From contig JAFZMQ010000014.1 in assembly GCA_017551095.1 (NCBI GenBank), positions 9,972 to 73,971 of the forward strand: a DNA stretch of 64,000 nucleotides, given 5' to 3'. The notes under the pieces are model-generated. The model saw nothing but the letters and a program-made list of their open reading frames with translations. It ran no database searches and had not been told where the DNA came from. Numbering within the stretch: the first letter of the stretch is position 1; every line of letters begins with the position of its first letter. Shown in pieces: positions 1 to 8,587 of the stretch. The position numbers and the translations under genes are program-made. The DNA comes from Clostridia bacterium. GTDB lineage: Bacteria; Bacillota; Clostridia; UBA1381.

Positions 1-299
1 TTTATATCACACAAATATGCCATTTTTTCCGCGTCACTATCGGGGCGTGGTATCACATGGGAAACTATATATCTTCCTTTTTCCTCGGCATATGCTTTTC
101 CTACCTGAACGGCGTATTCAACATCAGCCGTACTTCCCTCAACCTTTACCGCCATAATAAGCGGTGCAGGTATCTTAGGGGAAAACGGTCTGTTTCTGTC
201 GAACGCAATCAGCTTTACATTTGCCGCCTTTACCATAAGGTCTGCAACGCAAAGTGCCGTTGTAAAGCTATATACCTCAATCATTCCCAAAGAATTCAT
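1..299 (-). CDS. BMC-domain shell protein (BMC-H-like). 3' end truncated by the window edge.
   Basis: Reverse-strand translation from the ATG at 299..297 reads MNSLGMIEVYSFTTALCVADLMVKAANVKLIAFDRN...VSHVIPRPDSDAEKM, which has BMC (Pfam PF00936) hallmarks. An SD TAGGAG sits 7 nt upstream. The six-frame track missed it because it has no stop inside the window. It is more divergent than the two canonical BMC-H genes downstream. Confidence 0.75.
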   Translation of the reverse strand, partial: MNSLGMIEVYSFTTALCVADLMVKAANVKLIAFDRNRPFSPKIPAPLIMAVKVEGSTADVEYAVQVGKAYAEEKGRYIVSHVIPRPDSDAEKMAYLCDI

Positions 300-316
300 A
301 AACTAACTCCTAAGTT

Positions 317-1732
317 TTATACAATATGCAATCCGTCAACAAGAACGCATCTTCTTGCCCTTGTAAATGAATGTGCGGCTGTTAAGCCCTCACCTGTCGG
401 TCCTGCTATCGTAAATGTTGTATATCCTTCTCCTCCTGCACCTATTCCTGCATACGAAGGAGCATTTTTAACGAAAATCGTAGTTTCAACGGCACGGGCA
501 AAGCGTGTGAGATTGTCCACATTTTTAGAGTGAATGTGTGCCGAATGTCTGCAACCGTGTTCTGCCGCCACCGCAAGTTTTATCGCTTCATCTATTGAAT
601 CAACTCTTACAATTGCCAGAACCGGCATCATCATCTCTACCTGAACAAACGGGTGATTTGCGTCAGTTTCGCAAATTACAAGCTTAACATTCTTATCCGC
701 CTCAATGCCTATCGCATTAAGGAATTTATATGCATCTTTTCCTACCCATTTTTTATTTATTACATATTTGCCGTCTTTATTTATCAGGCAAACATCTCTT
801 AGCTTGTCTATCTGACTGCCTGTTATGAGATATGCACCGTTTGAACGCATTGTAGAAATAAGTCTGTCCGCTACATTTCTGAATACAAAGCACTCTTTTT
901 CTGCGATACACGGCAAATTATTATCAAAACTTGCACCGTTTACTATATCCTTTGCAGCCTTTTCAACATCAGCGGTATCATCAACGATAACAGGCGGATT
1001 TCCTGCTCCTGCACCTATTGCCTTTTTGCCCGACGACAAGAGTGCATGAACAACTCCCGGTCCACCCGTTGCAACAAGCATTCTGACTATCGGTGAATTC
1101 ATCATTTCATCTGATGATTCCTTTGTAGGATTCTTTACCGATACAACTAAATTTTCAGGTCCGCCGGCTTCTAAAATTGCTCTGTTTACAAGGTCAACCG
1201 CATAATTTGCCGTTTCCTTAGCACCCGGATGCGGATTGAATACAACACCGTTCCCACCCGCTATCATACCCATTGAGTTACAAAGAACCGTTTCAGACGG
1301 ATTAGTTGACGGTGTAATACTTCCTATAACACCGTACGGTGCCATTTCTACCAAAGTCATACCGTTATCGCCTGTCCATACAGACGGTTTTAAATCCTCT
1401 GTACCCGGAGTTTTATTTGCAACGAGCTGATGCTTTATGATTTTGTCTTCAACACGGCCCATGCCCGTTTCCGATACACCTAATTTTGCAAGATTTTCAG
1501 CTTCGTTAAGAGTAAACTCGCGTATCTTCGAAATCATTTGCTCTCTTTGCTCGACAGTATAGTTCTTAAATTCAAGATACGCCTTATTTACCGCATTAAG
1601 AGCGTCTGTCATAGAGTCAAAAACTCCGAGCTGATTAGTCTTTTTAACTATCGGCACAGCGTCCGAACCCATAGATTTTATAACGTTTGCAACTATCTCA
1701 CTTATATATTTTTCTTCCATATAAATTTCCAT
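317..1732 (-). CDS. pduP: CoA-acylating aldehyde dehydrogenase (PduP/EutE family) with an N-terminal encapsulation peptide
   Basis: ALDH-fold protein sitting inside the BMC locus. The track ORF starts at a TTG (1813) with no SD. The in-frame ATG at 1732 (MEIYMEEKYISEIVANVIKSM) follows AGAAAGG and puts the amphipathic helix ISEIVANVIKSM at the N-terminus, as in PduP encapsulation peptides. Confidence 0.85.
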   Translation of the reverse strand: MEIYMEEKYISEIVANVIKSMGSDAVPIVKKTNQLGVFDSMTDALNAVNKAYLEFKNYTVEQREQMISKIREFTLNEAENLAKLGVSETGMGRVEDKIIKHQLVANKTPGTEDLKPSVWTGDNGMTLVEMAPYGVIGSITPSTNPSETVLCNSMGMIAGGNGVVFNPHPGAKETANYAVDLVNRAILEAGGPENLVVSVKNPTKESSDEMMNSPIVRMLVATGGPGVVHALLSSGKKAIGAGAGNPPVIVDDTADVEKAAKDIVNGASFDNNLPCIAEKECFVFRNVADRLISTMRSNGAYLITGSQIDKLRDVCLINKDGKYVINKKWVGKDAYKFLNAIGIEADKNVKLVICETDANHPFVQVEMMMPVLAIVRVDSIDEAIKLAVAAEHGCRHSAHIHSKNVDNLTRFARAVETTIFVKNAPSYAGIGAGGEGYTTFTIAGPTGEGLTAAHSFTRARRCVLVDGLHIV

Positions 1733-1832
1733 AGCCTTTCTGCCCACAAAAAGTAATTGAAAATCATATTTTGCCTTATCTGTGGGCTGATAAGGCGCAT
1801 AAAAGCACTCCAAAATTTATTTAATTTGTAAA

Positions 1833-2381
1833 CTACAAAATTGTTTTCCAAAGTTTTTCGTCAGGACGCGGAATAACCGAGCTTCCTATAACGGCCGCCT
1901 CGTCCATCAAGGCTGTTTTTGCCTTTTCTATTGCCGCTGAAACAGCCGCAACCTCGCCTGTGATAAGCATATACGACTTTCCGCACATACCTTTTGCTAT
2001 TCTTAGCTCAATCAGCTTTACAATAGCCGTTTTTGCCGCAACATCTGCCGCAACTATTATAGACGCGGCGGAAAATGTTTCCAACACGCCAAGTGCCGCT
2101 ACATCTCCGACATCTGTTGCCCCGTAAATAGCAGGGAAAATATCCTCGTGCGGATTTCCGAGCACAAAACTATCGATTAGGTTTGCACCGAATTTTTGCT
2201 TTGATGTATCTACCGCAGCTTTTACCGCACTCAAATCGCCTGAAATAAGGGCTATGTACTTTCCGGGACAGACTGTCTGTGCTTCTAACAGGTCAACCTC
2301 TGCCGTTTTAACCATTAAGTCTGCCGCCTGAATACCGACAGCAATCGTCGTATATTCTACCATTCCTATTGCTTTTGCCAT
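1833..2381 (-). CDS. pduT: BMC-T shell protein, tandem BMC domains, PduT-like with a Cys38 candidate Fe-S ligand
   Basis: 182 aa with two BMC domains. Cys at position 38 (TVCPGKY) lines up with the PduT 4Fe-4S ligand. Confidence 0.8.
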   Translation of the reverse strand: MAKAIGMVEYTTIAVGIQAADLMVKTAEVDLLEAQTVCPGKYIALISGDLSAVKAAVDTSKQKFGANLIDSFVLGNPHEDIFPAIYGATDVGDVAALGVLETFSAASIIVAADVAAKTAIVKLIELRIAKGMCGKSYMLITGEVAAVSAAIEKAKTALMDEAAVIGSSVIPRPDEKLWKTIL

Positions 2382-2411
2382 TTTTTAACATCCTTTCTGC
2401 AAATGAATTGC

Positions 2412-3740
2412 TTAGTCTACGGCAATTGTTATAGCCGTGCCTGTGACTGTTTTAACAGTTCCGTCTACCGAACTGTGCATAGGTATTGACAAAGCATTAT
2501 CATCATATGCAGCAATCAATTCTCCGCTTTTTACCTTTTGTCCGGCTTTAACATTAGCCTCAGCCGGTTTTCCTATATGCTGACTCATTAAAATGCTGAC
2601 CTCTTTTGGTTTAACTTCATCATCGGAAAGCGGAGCAGATATATTGTATTTTGTAAGGTCTAATCTTTCAATCAGCCTCTTCATTGGGATAACCCTGAAA
2701 TCTCTTTCCGGATTTACATTATCCCACTCTGTAAGTTTTTCTACTTTTAACCCATTTTTTTTGAGTTCCGATTTAGCAATCCCGATAAGCGTTCTGGGGC
2801 TTAAACCTTGCGGACAGGAATATAATTCACACAGTCCGCACTGTGAGCAGTAATTGGTATTCAAAACTGCCCGGGTATCGTTTACTTTGCTTGAAACGCA
2901 TCTCATAAATGCACTTGGGTTTATGGGATAGCCCAAAAGATGCCTTGAACACAGTTCGGTACATGACCTGCACTGGCAGCATGTTCCCATCGCCCTTTTT
3001 ACGCTGATTTGGGTTTTTTGCTTTCTTTTCATTACTACATAATGGTCTTTCGGCATAACAAGTATGCCGTTTGTGGTTTTTGTTACAATATCAAAGGGAT
3101 TTGCAAGTCTTCCCATCATAGGACCGCCGCTAAGATACTGAACATCACTTCTTGTTGTTCCGCCGCAAAGAGAAACAAGATAGGAATATGTAGTACCAAT
3201 CGGAACTTTAAGCGTCATTGGATTTTTAACTTCACCTGCGACAGTTACATATTTATGCGTAACCGGCAGATTGAAATTGATTGCATTATACATATTCAGC
3301 ACCGTTTCCACATTATAAACGATACATCCTGCTTCAATCGGGATACTTCCCGGCGGAACTACCCTGCCGGTAGACTCGTAAATCGTGATGATTTCGTCAC
3401 CGGCAGGATATACTTCCCTAAGTAATTTTATTTTGCCTTTTTCATATTCTTTGAGTGCGGCAGTAACTGCATTTATCGCACCCTCATATGAACCTTTTAC
3501 CGCGATAATAAACTGTTTTGCATTTATAGCGTCGGTCAACAGATTTAAAGTGCTTACAATTTCTTTTGCGTAACGCTCTAAAAGTTGTCTGTGAACTTTG
3601 AAAAGCGGTTCACATTCAGCACAGTTAAGGATAATTGTATCTGCTTTTTCTGAAAGCTTTGCGTATGACGGGAATCCGGCACCACCGGCACCTGCAATTC
3701 CGCATTTTCGCAGTATATCCTTTATCTCCGACACTTGCAT
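2412..3740 (-). CDS. pduS: PduS/RnfC-like NADH-dependent Fe-S flavoprotein (BMC-associated oxidoreductase)
   Basis: N-terminal GAGGAGFP nucleotide-binding motif and two Cys clusters (CQCRSCTELC and CSQCGLCELYSCP) typical of RnfC/PduS. It lies between BMC-P and BMC-T. Confidence 0.8.
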   Translation of the reverse strand: MQVSEIKDILRKCGIAGAGGAGFPSYAKLSEKADTIILNCAECEPLFKVHRQLLERYAKEIVSTLNLLTDAINAKQFIIAVKGSYEGAINAVTAALKEYEKGKIKLLREVYPAGDEIITIYESTGRVVPPGSIPIEAGCIVYNVETVLNMYNAINFNLPVTHKYVTVAGEVKNPMTLKVPIGTTYSYLVSLCGGTTRSDVQYLSGGPMMGRLANPFDIVTKTTNGILVMPKDHYVVMKRKQKTQISVKRAMGTCCQCRSCTELCSRHLLGYPINPSAFMRCVSSKVNDTRAVLNTNYCSQCGLCELYSCPQGLSPRTLIGIAKSELKKNGLKVEKLTEWDNVNPERDFRVIPMKRLIERLDLTKYNISAPLSDDEVKPKEVSILMSQHIGKPAEANVKAGQKVKSGELIAAYDDNALSIPMHSSVDGTVKTVTGTAITIAVD

Positions 3741-3744
3741 AAAA

Positions 3745-4014
3745 TCAGTTCTCCAATCCTTCTCCGGAATCTATGATACCGACTATGGCGGCATCAACCG
3801 GCGAGTTTTCGGCATTTAGTACCTTTCTTGCCGCACTTCCTGTTGCAACAAGAACAAATTCGCCTATACCTGCACCGATATTATCTACGGCAACAATGTT
3901 TTTTGTTTCACCCTTGTTCATGTTCAAGAGCTCAACAATCATAAATTTACTTCCGATTAGTTTTTCTTCTTTCCTTGTTGATACAACACTTCCTGTAACT
4001 TTTCCTATAATCAT
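3745..4014 (-). CDS. BMC vertex pentamer protein (BMC-P; EutN/PduN/CcmL family)
   Basis: 89 aa (MIIGKVTGSVVSTRKEE...VLVATGSAAR), an EutN_CcmL fold signature. 4 nt gap to pduS. Confidence 0.85.
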   Translation of the reverse strand: MIIGKVTGSVVSTRKEEKLIGSKFMIVELLNMNKGETKNIVAVDNIGAGIGEFVLVATGSAARKVLNAENSPVDAAIVGIIDSGEGLEN

Positions 4015-4046
4015 GTTACCATCCCTTTTATTGCATTAAAGCAAAA

Positions 4047-4418
4047 TTATTTAAGTGTAGGAAGTATCTTTTCAACATCTGTATGAGGTCTTGGAATTAC
4101 GTGTGTAGCTATGATTTCACCAAGTCTTGATGAACTTGCGTTTCCTGCCTCAACAGCAGCCTTAACTGCACCTACATCGCCTCTTACCATAACGCTTACT
4201 AATCCTGAACCGATTTTTTCAGTTCCGATTAACTCTACCTTTGCTGCCTTTAACATTGCATCAGCAGCCTCTATTGCTGCTACCAAACCTCTTGTTTCGA
4301 TCATTCCCAAAGCTTCAAGTGACATTTTCTTTTCCTCCTTAATAATATTTTCACTAACAACTTCTTTTTTTTCTTTTACGGCTGTTTTTGGTGCCGTGTT
4401 CTTTTTAGGCGTTGCCAT
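4047..4418 (-). CDS. BMC-H shell protein (PduA/EutM-like). Has two plausible starts: a 123-aa form with a Lys-rich N-extension and a 92-aa canonical form.
   Basis: The canonical BMC-H core begins at the internal Met ([13 protein letters not shown]) at 4325, preceded by AAGGAGG-8 nt. The upstream ATG at 4418 has its own SD (GAGGTG-7 nt) and adds [31 protein letters not shown]. Confidence 0.85.
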   Translation of the reverse strand: MATPKKNTAPKTAVKEKKEVVSENIIKEEKKMSLEALGMIETRGLVAAIEAADAMLKAAKVELIGTEKIGSGLVSVMVRGDVGAVKAAVEAGNASSSRLGEIIATHVIPRPHTDVEKILPTLK

Positions 4419-4433
4419 ATCCTATCACCTCAA

Positions 4434-4709
4434 TTAAAATTTAGGCAGAATCTTTTCAACATCTGCATGAGGTCTTGGAATTACGTGTGTAGCTATGATT
4501 TCGCCAAGTCTTGATGCGGTTGCGTTTCCTGCTTCAACAGCGGCTTTAACTGCACCTACATCGCCTCTTACCATAACGCTTACCAATCCTGAACCGATTT
4601 TTTCAGTTCCGATCAGCGTAACCTCTGCTGCCTTAACCATTGCATCTGCTGCTTCAACAGCGGCTGTAAGACCTCTTGTTTCAATCATTCCCAAAGCTTC
4701 CATTGACAT
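4434..4709 (-). CDS. BMC-H shell protein (PduA/EutM-like)
   Basis: 91 aa ([28 protein letters not shown]...), a canonical BMC domain. SD AAGGAGG upstream. Paralog of the preceding gene. Confidence 0.92.
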   Translation of the reverse strand: MSMEALGMIETRGLTAAVEAADAMVKAAEVTLIGTEKIGSGLVSVMVRGDVGAVKAAVEAGNATASRLGEIIATHVIPRPHADVEKILPKF

Positions 4710-4785
4710 TTTCTTTTCCTCCTTTTATTTTAACTTAATTTTTTTTATTTTAATGTGCATTTAGTGCACAATCAAACAAGTTTTA

Positions 4786-6333
4786 TCAGCGTTCGTTTAT
4801 AATCGCGATTTTTAAACCTTCCATTTTGAGATTTGTCCTATGTGCCTCATTGATTTCGGAAAGCGGGAATCTATGAGTTATGAGCTTACTCATAGGTAAG
4901 CCTATTCCCTTTGCCCGTTTCAGAAAATCAAAGGTTGTTGCATAATCTCTTAATGTATATACCCATGAGCCAACCATTGTAAGCTCCTTTGAGCATATAT
5001 CAAAATGTGGATTTATCGTTGCGTCGCCGCCGTTTATGAAAAATCCGAGCTCGCAAAGTCCTCCGCCGTTACGCACAAACTTGTATATGTTTGCATGTGC
5101 GTTGGGATTTCCTGTGCATTGGAAAGCAAAATCTGCAAGATGACCGCCAAACGCGTCTTGAACTGCATTTGTCAATGCTTCTATTCCTTTATGCTCCATA
5201 AAGTTTACCGATTTTGTAGCTCCCATCTCTTTTGCGAAATCCAGACGCTTTTGCTGTCCGTCTATCGCAACTATATTCTCGATTCCCATAGTTCTTAAAA
5301 CTGCTATGCATATAAGTCCAATAGGACCGCAGCCCTGAACCGCAACTCTTGAATTGAATCTTAAAATTCCTGTTGATTTAGCCCTCTCAACAGCGTGAAT
5401 CAGCACTGCACAAGGCTCAATAAGTATTCTCGAATCCAAATCCAAGTCGCTTACATTGAATATGGTAGAGCCGCCTCTTACCACCAAGTAATCGGAAAAC
5501 CAGCCGTTTAAGTGAATGTCGTCATCCGGCAAAAGTCCGTAAACATCCGCACCGCCGACATTCTGTTTATTAAGGTCGAACATCGTGATATCCGGGTTAT
5601 CCTTAAATATCATACAGGTAACAACCTTGTCGCCTATATTCAGCGGCTTTCCTGCACTGTCTTTTTTAACATTCTTGCCCATTTTTACTATTTCGCCTGT
5701 TCCCTCGTGTCCTAAAACAAGCGGTATCAGTCCAAACGGGTCTCTTTTGAATTCGTGGGCGTCTGTGCCGCATATTCCGCAGCCCTCAACCTTAACAAGT
5801 ATATCATTATCTCCCAGCTCCGGAATAGGAAATTCCTTTATTTCATAGTTTTCAAGCTTTGTCAGCATCGCCGCTCTGCTCGTTTTAGGAATTTCGCCTG
5901 ACGCTTTTACCGTTCCGCCGGAATCCATGTTAGACAATACTTGTTTAACGATTTCGGAAATTTTATCCTGACTAATATCCATCGTCTCTCTCCTGTCTAT
6001 TATATTTTCCGCCTCCGTTTTATCTCCGTAAACCACGATAACGCCGAACTTGAATTTTTTATCAGCTCTTATACCATCATTTCCTTTGCACACTATAAAG
6101 GGATTGTTTTTATATGTAACAGCTCCTATATTATAGAGTGCGGCGGAAATGTTCATATTAGGGTCTACTGTTGAAAACAGTTTTTTTGTTTCCTTTTCGG
6201 AGGCAAAATATCCGCCTTCATTTACAAGGTAATATATAAATTCATCAACTTCATTTTCGTTTACACGAATCTTTACCAATGAATTTATGCCATTTGCCGT
6301 TTCTACGGCTTTTTTTAACAGCATTTCTGACAT
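4786..6333 (-). CDS. Zn-dependent alcohol dehydrogenase (MDR family) fused to a ~160-aa N-terminal domain of unknown function
   Basis: The C-terminal ~350 aa carry the MDR GroES-like and Rossmann signatures (GHEGTG, GCGPIG, VEGCGICGTD). The N-terminal 1..~165 match no family I recognise. An amphipathic helix (ISEIVKQVLSNM) sits at the junction. Confidence 0.8.
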   Translation of the reverse strand: MSEMLLKKAVETANGINSLVKIRVNENEVDEFIYYLVNEGGYFASEKETKKLFSTVDPNMNISAALYNIGAVTYKNNPFIVCKGNDGIRADKKFKFGVIVVYGDKTEAENIIDRRETMDISQDKISEIVKQVLSNMDSGGTVKASGEIPKTSRAAMLTKLENYEIKEFPIPELGDNDILVKVEGCGICGTDAHEFKRDPFGLIPLVLGHEGTGEIVKMGKNVKKDSAGKPLNIGDKVVTCMIFKDNPDITMFDLNKQNVGGADVYGLLPDDDIHLNGWFSDYLVVRGGSTIFNVSDLDLDSRILIEPCAVLIHAVERAKSTGILRFNSRVAVQGCGPIGLICIAVLRTMGIENIVAIDGQQKRLDFAKEMGATKSVNFMEHKGIEALTNAVQDAFGGHLADFAFQCTGNPNAHANIYKFVRNGGGLCELGFFINGGDATINPHFDICSKELTMVGSWVYTLRDYATTFDFLKRAKGIGLPMSKLITHRFPLSEINEAHRTNLKMEGLKIAIINER

Positions 6334-6349
6334 AATCTATGCCTCAAAA

Positions 6350-7156
6350 TTATTTTCCGAGTTCTTCCATAACCTTTTTGGTTATTGCTGCTATTAAGTC
6401 TGCATCTGCTCCTTGCGGCTCAGCGTCCTTTGCTCCACAAGCTCCGCATGAGTGGCAACTTGCTTTACCGTTTTGTCTGTTCGGACAAAGGTCTGCGGGG
6501 TGTTTACCCGTCATGCCGAATTGTCTTCTTATTTCATACAATCTCATAACCTGTGATTTTGAAAGCTCCTTAGGTCCTCCAAGCTGTTTTGCGTGATACA
6601 AAAGCTCTGCATAAAATTCAACAGATTCCATTTTATGATAAGCACTCAAAAGGCTGTCTGAGAATGTCAATGCACCGTGGTTTGCAAGTAAAACTGCATC
6701 ATAGTGCTGCAAATATTTCTCAACTGCATCCGGAATTTCCTCTGTTGACGGTGTGCCGTATTCTGCAATCGGAACGCATCCTAATGCAATTACCGCCTCC
6801 GGCATAATGGGCTGTGTGAGCGGTATTCCTGCAATAGCAAAGCTTGTTGCATAAATCGGGTGTGCGTGAACAACAGACTTTACATCAGGTCTTTGCTTAT
6901 AAACTCTCATATGCATCTTGATTTCTGATGACGGCTTGAAACCTTTATTTGCTTCTATAACCTTTCCCTCGCCGTCAACCTTACAGATATACTCAGGCGT
7001 CATAAAGCCCTTGCTTACGCCTGTCGGTGTGCAGAGGAAAACATTATCTGCTATCTTAACGGAGATATTTCCGTCATTTGATGCAACCATGCCTCTGTTG
7101 TAAATCCTTTTTCCGATTTCACAAATTTGTTTTTTGATTTCGTACTCGTTTACCAT
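6350..7156 (-). CDS. Class II aldolase (fuculose or rhamnulose-1-phosphate aldolase-like) with a C-terminal Cys-rich linker and encapsulation peptide
   Basis: Aldolase_II fold (HAHP, metal-binding His). The C-terminal tail CHSCGACGAKDAEPQGADADLIAAITKKVMEELGK ends in an amphipathic helix. SD AAAGGAG upstream. Confidence 0.85.
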   Translation of the reverse strand: MVNEYEIKKQICEIGKRIYNRGMVASNDGNISVKIADNVFLCTPTGVSKGFMTPEYICKVDGEGKVIEANKGFKPSSEIKMHMRVYKQRPDVKSVVHAHPIYATSFAIAGIPLTQPIMPEAVIALGCVPIAEYGTPSTEEIPDAVEKYLQHYDAVLLANHGALTFSDSLLSAYHKMESVEFYAELLYHAKQLGGPKELSKSQVMRLYEIRRQFGMTGKHPADLCPNRQNGKASCHSCGACGAKDAEPQGADADLIAAITKKVMEELGK

Positions 7157-7198
7157 GATTTTTTCTCCTTTTTTTGTTTTTAATGTTATTACACTATA

Positions 7199-7227
7199 AT
7201 AATACCACCGTTTATTCTAAAAGTCAA
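7199..7227 (-). promoter_or_regulatory. Sigma-A-type promoter inside the BMC locus (TTGACT-17-TGnTATTAT), with an A-tract UP-like region upstream
   Basis: On the minus strand: TTGACT (7227..7222), 17-nt spacer, extended -10 TGG-TATTAT (7207..7199). This is about 45 nt upstream of the aldolase ATG. Confidence 0.6.
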
Positions 7228-7288
7228 TAGAAAAATGTTGTTTTTTTTATTTTTTTGTTGTTTTTTCTTTGTTTTTCTATTTCTGCGG

Positions 7289-7315
7289 CTAAAAATGGCA
7301 TTGTTAAGCCATTTA
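7289..7315 (-). terminator. Weak hairpin plus T-tract downstream of the EutS-like gene (possible attenuator or partial terminator)
   Basis: Minus strand AATGGC-ttaacaat-GCCATT followed by TTTT. It lies in the 255-bp AT-rich spacer between eutS-like and the aldolase. Confidence 0.3.
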
Positions 7316-7411
7316 TCCGCACAATAAACCAAACCGAATTAAATGTTTTATATGGGTTTTTAATGAAAATGCTTGTTAAAATTCTTTTGATACTTGTTGT
7401 TTTTGTTGTTT

Positions 7412-7774
7412 TTATGTCTTTGTAATCGGGCAAACTGTAAACCCTAATGTTTCGGTACAGTATTTGCACACGGCATCCATAGCCGATTCTACCTGAGAAA
7501 CCGTGCCTGTTATAATAAGAGTTCCGCTAACTCTGTCCACAAAGCCTATATCCACGCCGGACGCTTTCATCGCTATATCCCCTGCTATAATTGCGGTTTC
7601 GGCAGGGCTCATTGTTACTATGCCGATTGCTGTTTTTCCGTTTTCGGCGTCAAGACCAAGCTTTTTGTATAATGCTTTATCGGGGTTGGCTATCACATGT
7701 GCCAGGGTTATCTGTTTTCCGGGCACTATTTCCTGAATTATTCGCATTTTGTCTTTAATCGAAATATCATCCAT
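7412..7774 (-). CDS. BMC shell protein, circularly permuted BMC domain (EutS/PduU family)
   Basis: 120 aa (AIGIVTMSPAETAIIAGDIAMKASGVDIGFVDRVSGTLIITG). Size and order are typical of PduU/EutS. It follows the GRE activase as in GRM loci. Confidence 0.8.
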   Translation of the reverse strand: MDDISIKDKMRIIQEIVPGKQITLAHVIANPDKALYKKLGLDAENGKTAIGIVTMSPAETAIIAGDIAMKASGVDIGFVDRVSGTLIITGTVSQVESAMDAVCKYCTETLGFTVCPITKT

Positions 7775-7778
7775 TTTC

Positions 7779-8582
7779 CTATCCCCCTATCTGACATTTT
7801 AGTCCTGTTGACTCTGCAACACGCTTTAATTCCTGCATCTTTTCATTATCGGGAGGGACAATGTCTTCCATCAGGTATTTCCTCCCAAGCCATCTGTACT
7901 TATCGGCACCCAATCTGTGATACGGCAAAAGGTGTATCTCGTCAACATTTTCAAGCTTTGACGCAAATTCTGCAATTTCCCGTATCTCCTCTTTTGTATC
8001 GTTAAAGGTCGGTATTACGGGAACTCTTATTATGAGTTTTTTTGCCTTTTGCGCAATTTTCTTGGCATTTTCAAGCACCAACTCGTTTGGTTTACCGATA
8101 AATTCCTTATGCTTTTGACTGTTTATATGTTTAATATCCATTAAGTACAGGTCAAGGTACGGCAAAAATCTCTCTATTACATCGAAACTTGCAAATCCTG
8201 TGGATTCCATAGCCGTACTTATTCCGTTATTTTTTGCTGTCCGCAAAAGTGCGACGGCAAATTCGGGTTGCAGCAGAGATTCTCCGCCCGAAAGGGTAAG
8301 TCCTCCGCCTGAACGGCGGTAATACGGTCTGTCCTTTATGACAGTATCCATAACCTCTCTTACCGTTACATCCTTTCCCTCAGTTTTAATCTTGCCGTCC
8401 ATATTCATGGTTTCAATTTCAAAACTCTGAGATTCGGGATTACAGCACCATCGGCAACGGAACGCACAGCCTTTTAAAAAGACAATTGTCCTTATACCCG
8501 GTCCGTCATGCACGGAAAACCGCTGAATATTAAAGATTCTTCCGACTGTATCTAAATCACGGTTGTCCATCATTTCCTCCAT
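7779..8582 (-). CDS. Glycyl-radical enzyme activating enzyme (radical SAM, PflA-like)
   Basis: CAFRCRWCCNPES radical-SAM cluster motif near the N-terminus. 267 aa, with no ferredoxin insert. Immediately downstream of the GRE. Confidence 0.9.
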   Translation of the reverse strand: MEEMMDNRDLDTVGRIFNIQRFSVHDGPGIRTIVFLKGCAFRCRWCCNPESQSFEIETMNMDGKIKTEGKDVTVREVMDTVIKDRPYYRRSGGGLTLSGGESLLQPEFAVALLRTAKNNGISTAMESTGFASFDVIERFLPYLDLYLMDIKHINSQKHKEFIGKPNELVLENAKKIAQKAKKLIIRVPVIPTFNDTKEEIREIAEFASKLENVDEIHLLPYHRLGADKYRWLGRKYLMEDIVPPDNEKMQELKRVAESTGLKCQIGG

Positions 8583-8587
8583 TATAA

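Noticed and set aside
57-533. 158-aa plus-strand ORF at the window start
   Set aside because: It is antisense to the edge BMC-H gene and pduP, has low-complexity composition and no SD. The real coding sequence is on the minus strand.
4111-4764. Plus-strand ORFs (108 aa and 89 aa) with identical-looking Ser/Ala/Thr-rich translations
   Set aside because: They are antisense images of the two paralogous BMC-H genes. The repeat-like similarity only reflects the BMC-H duplication.
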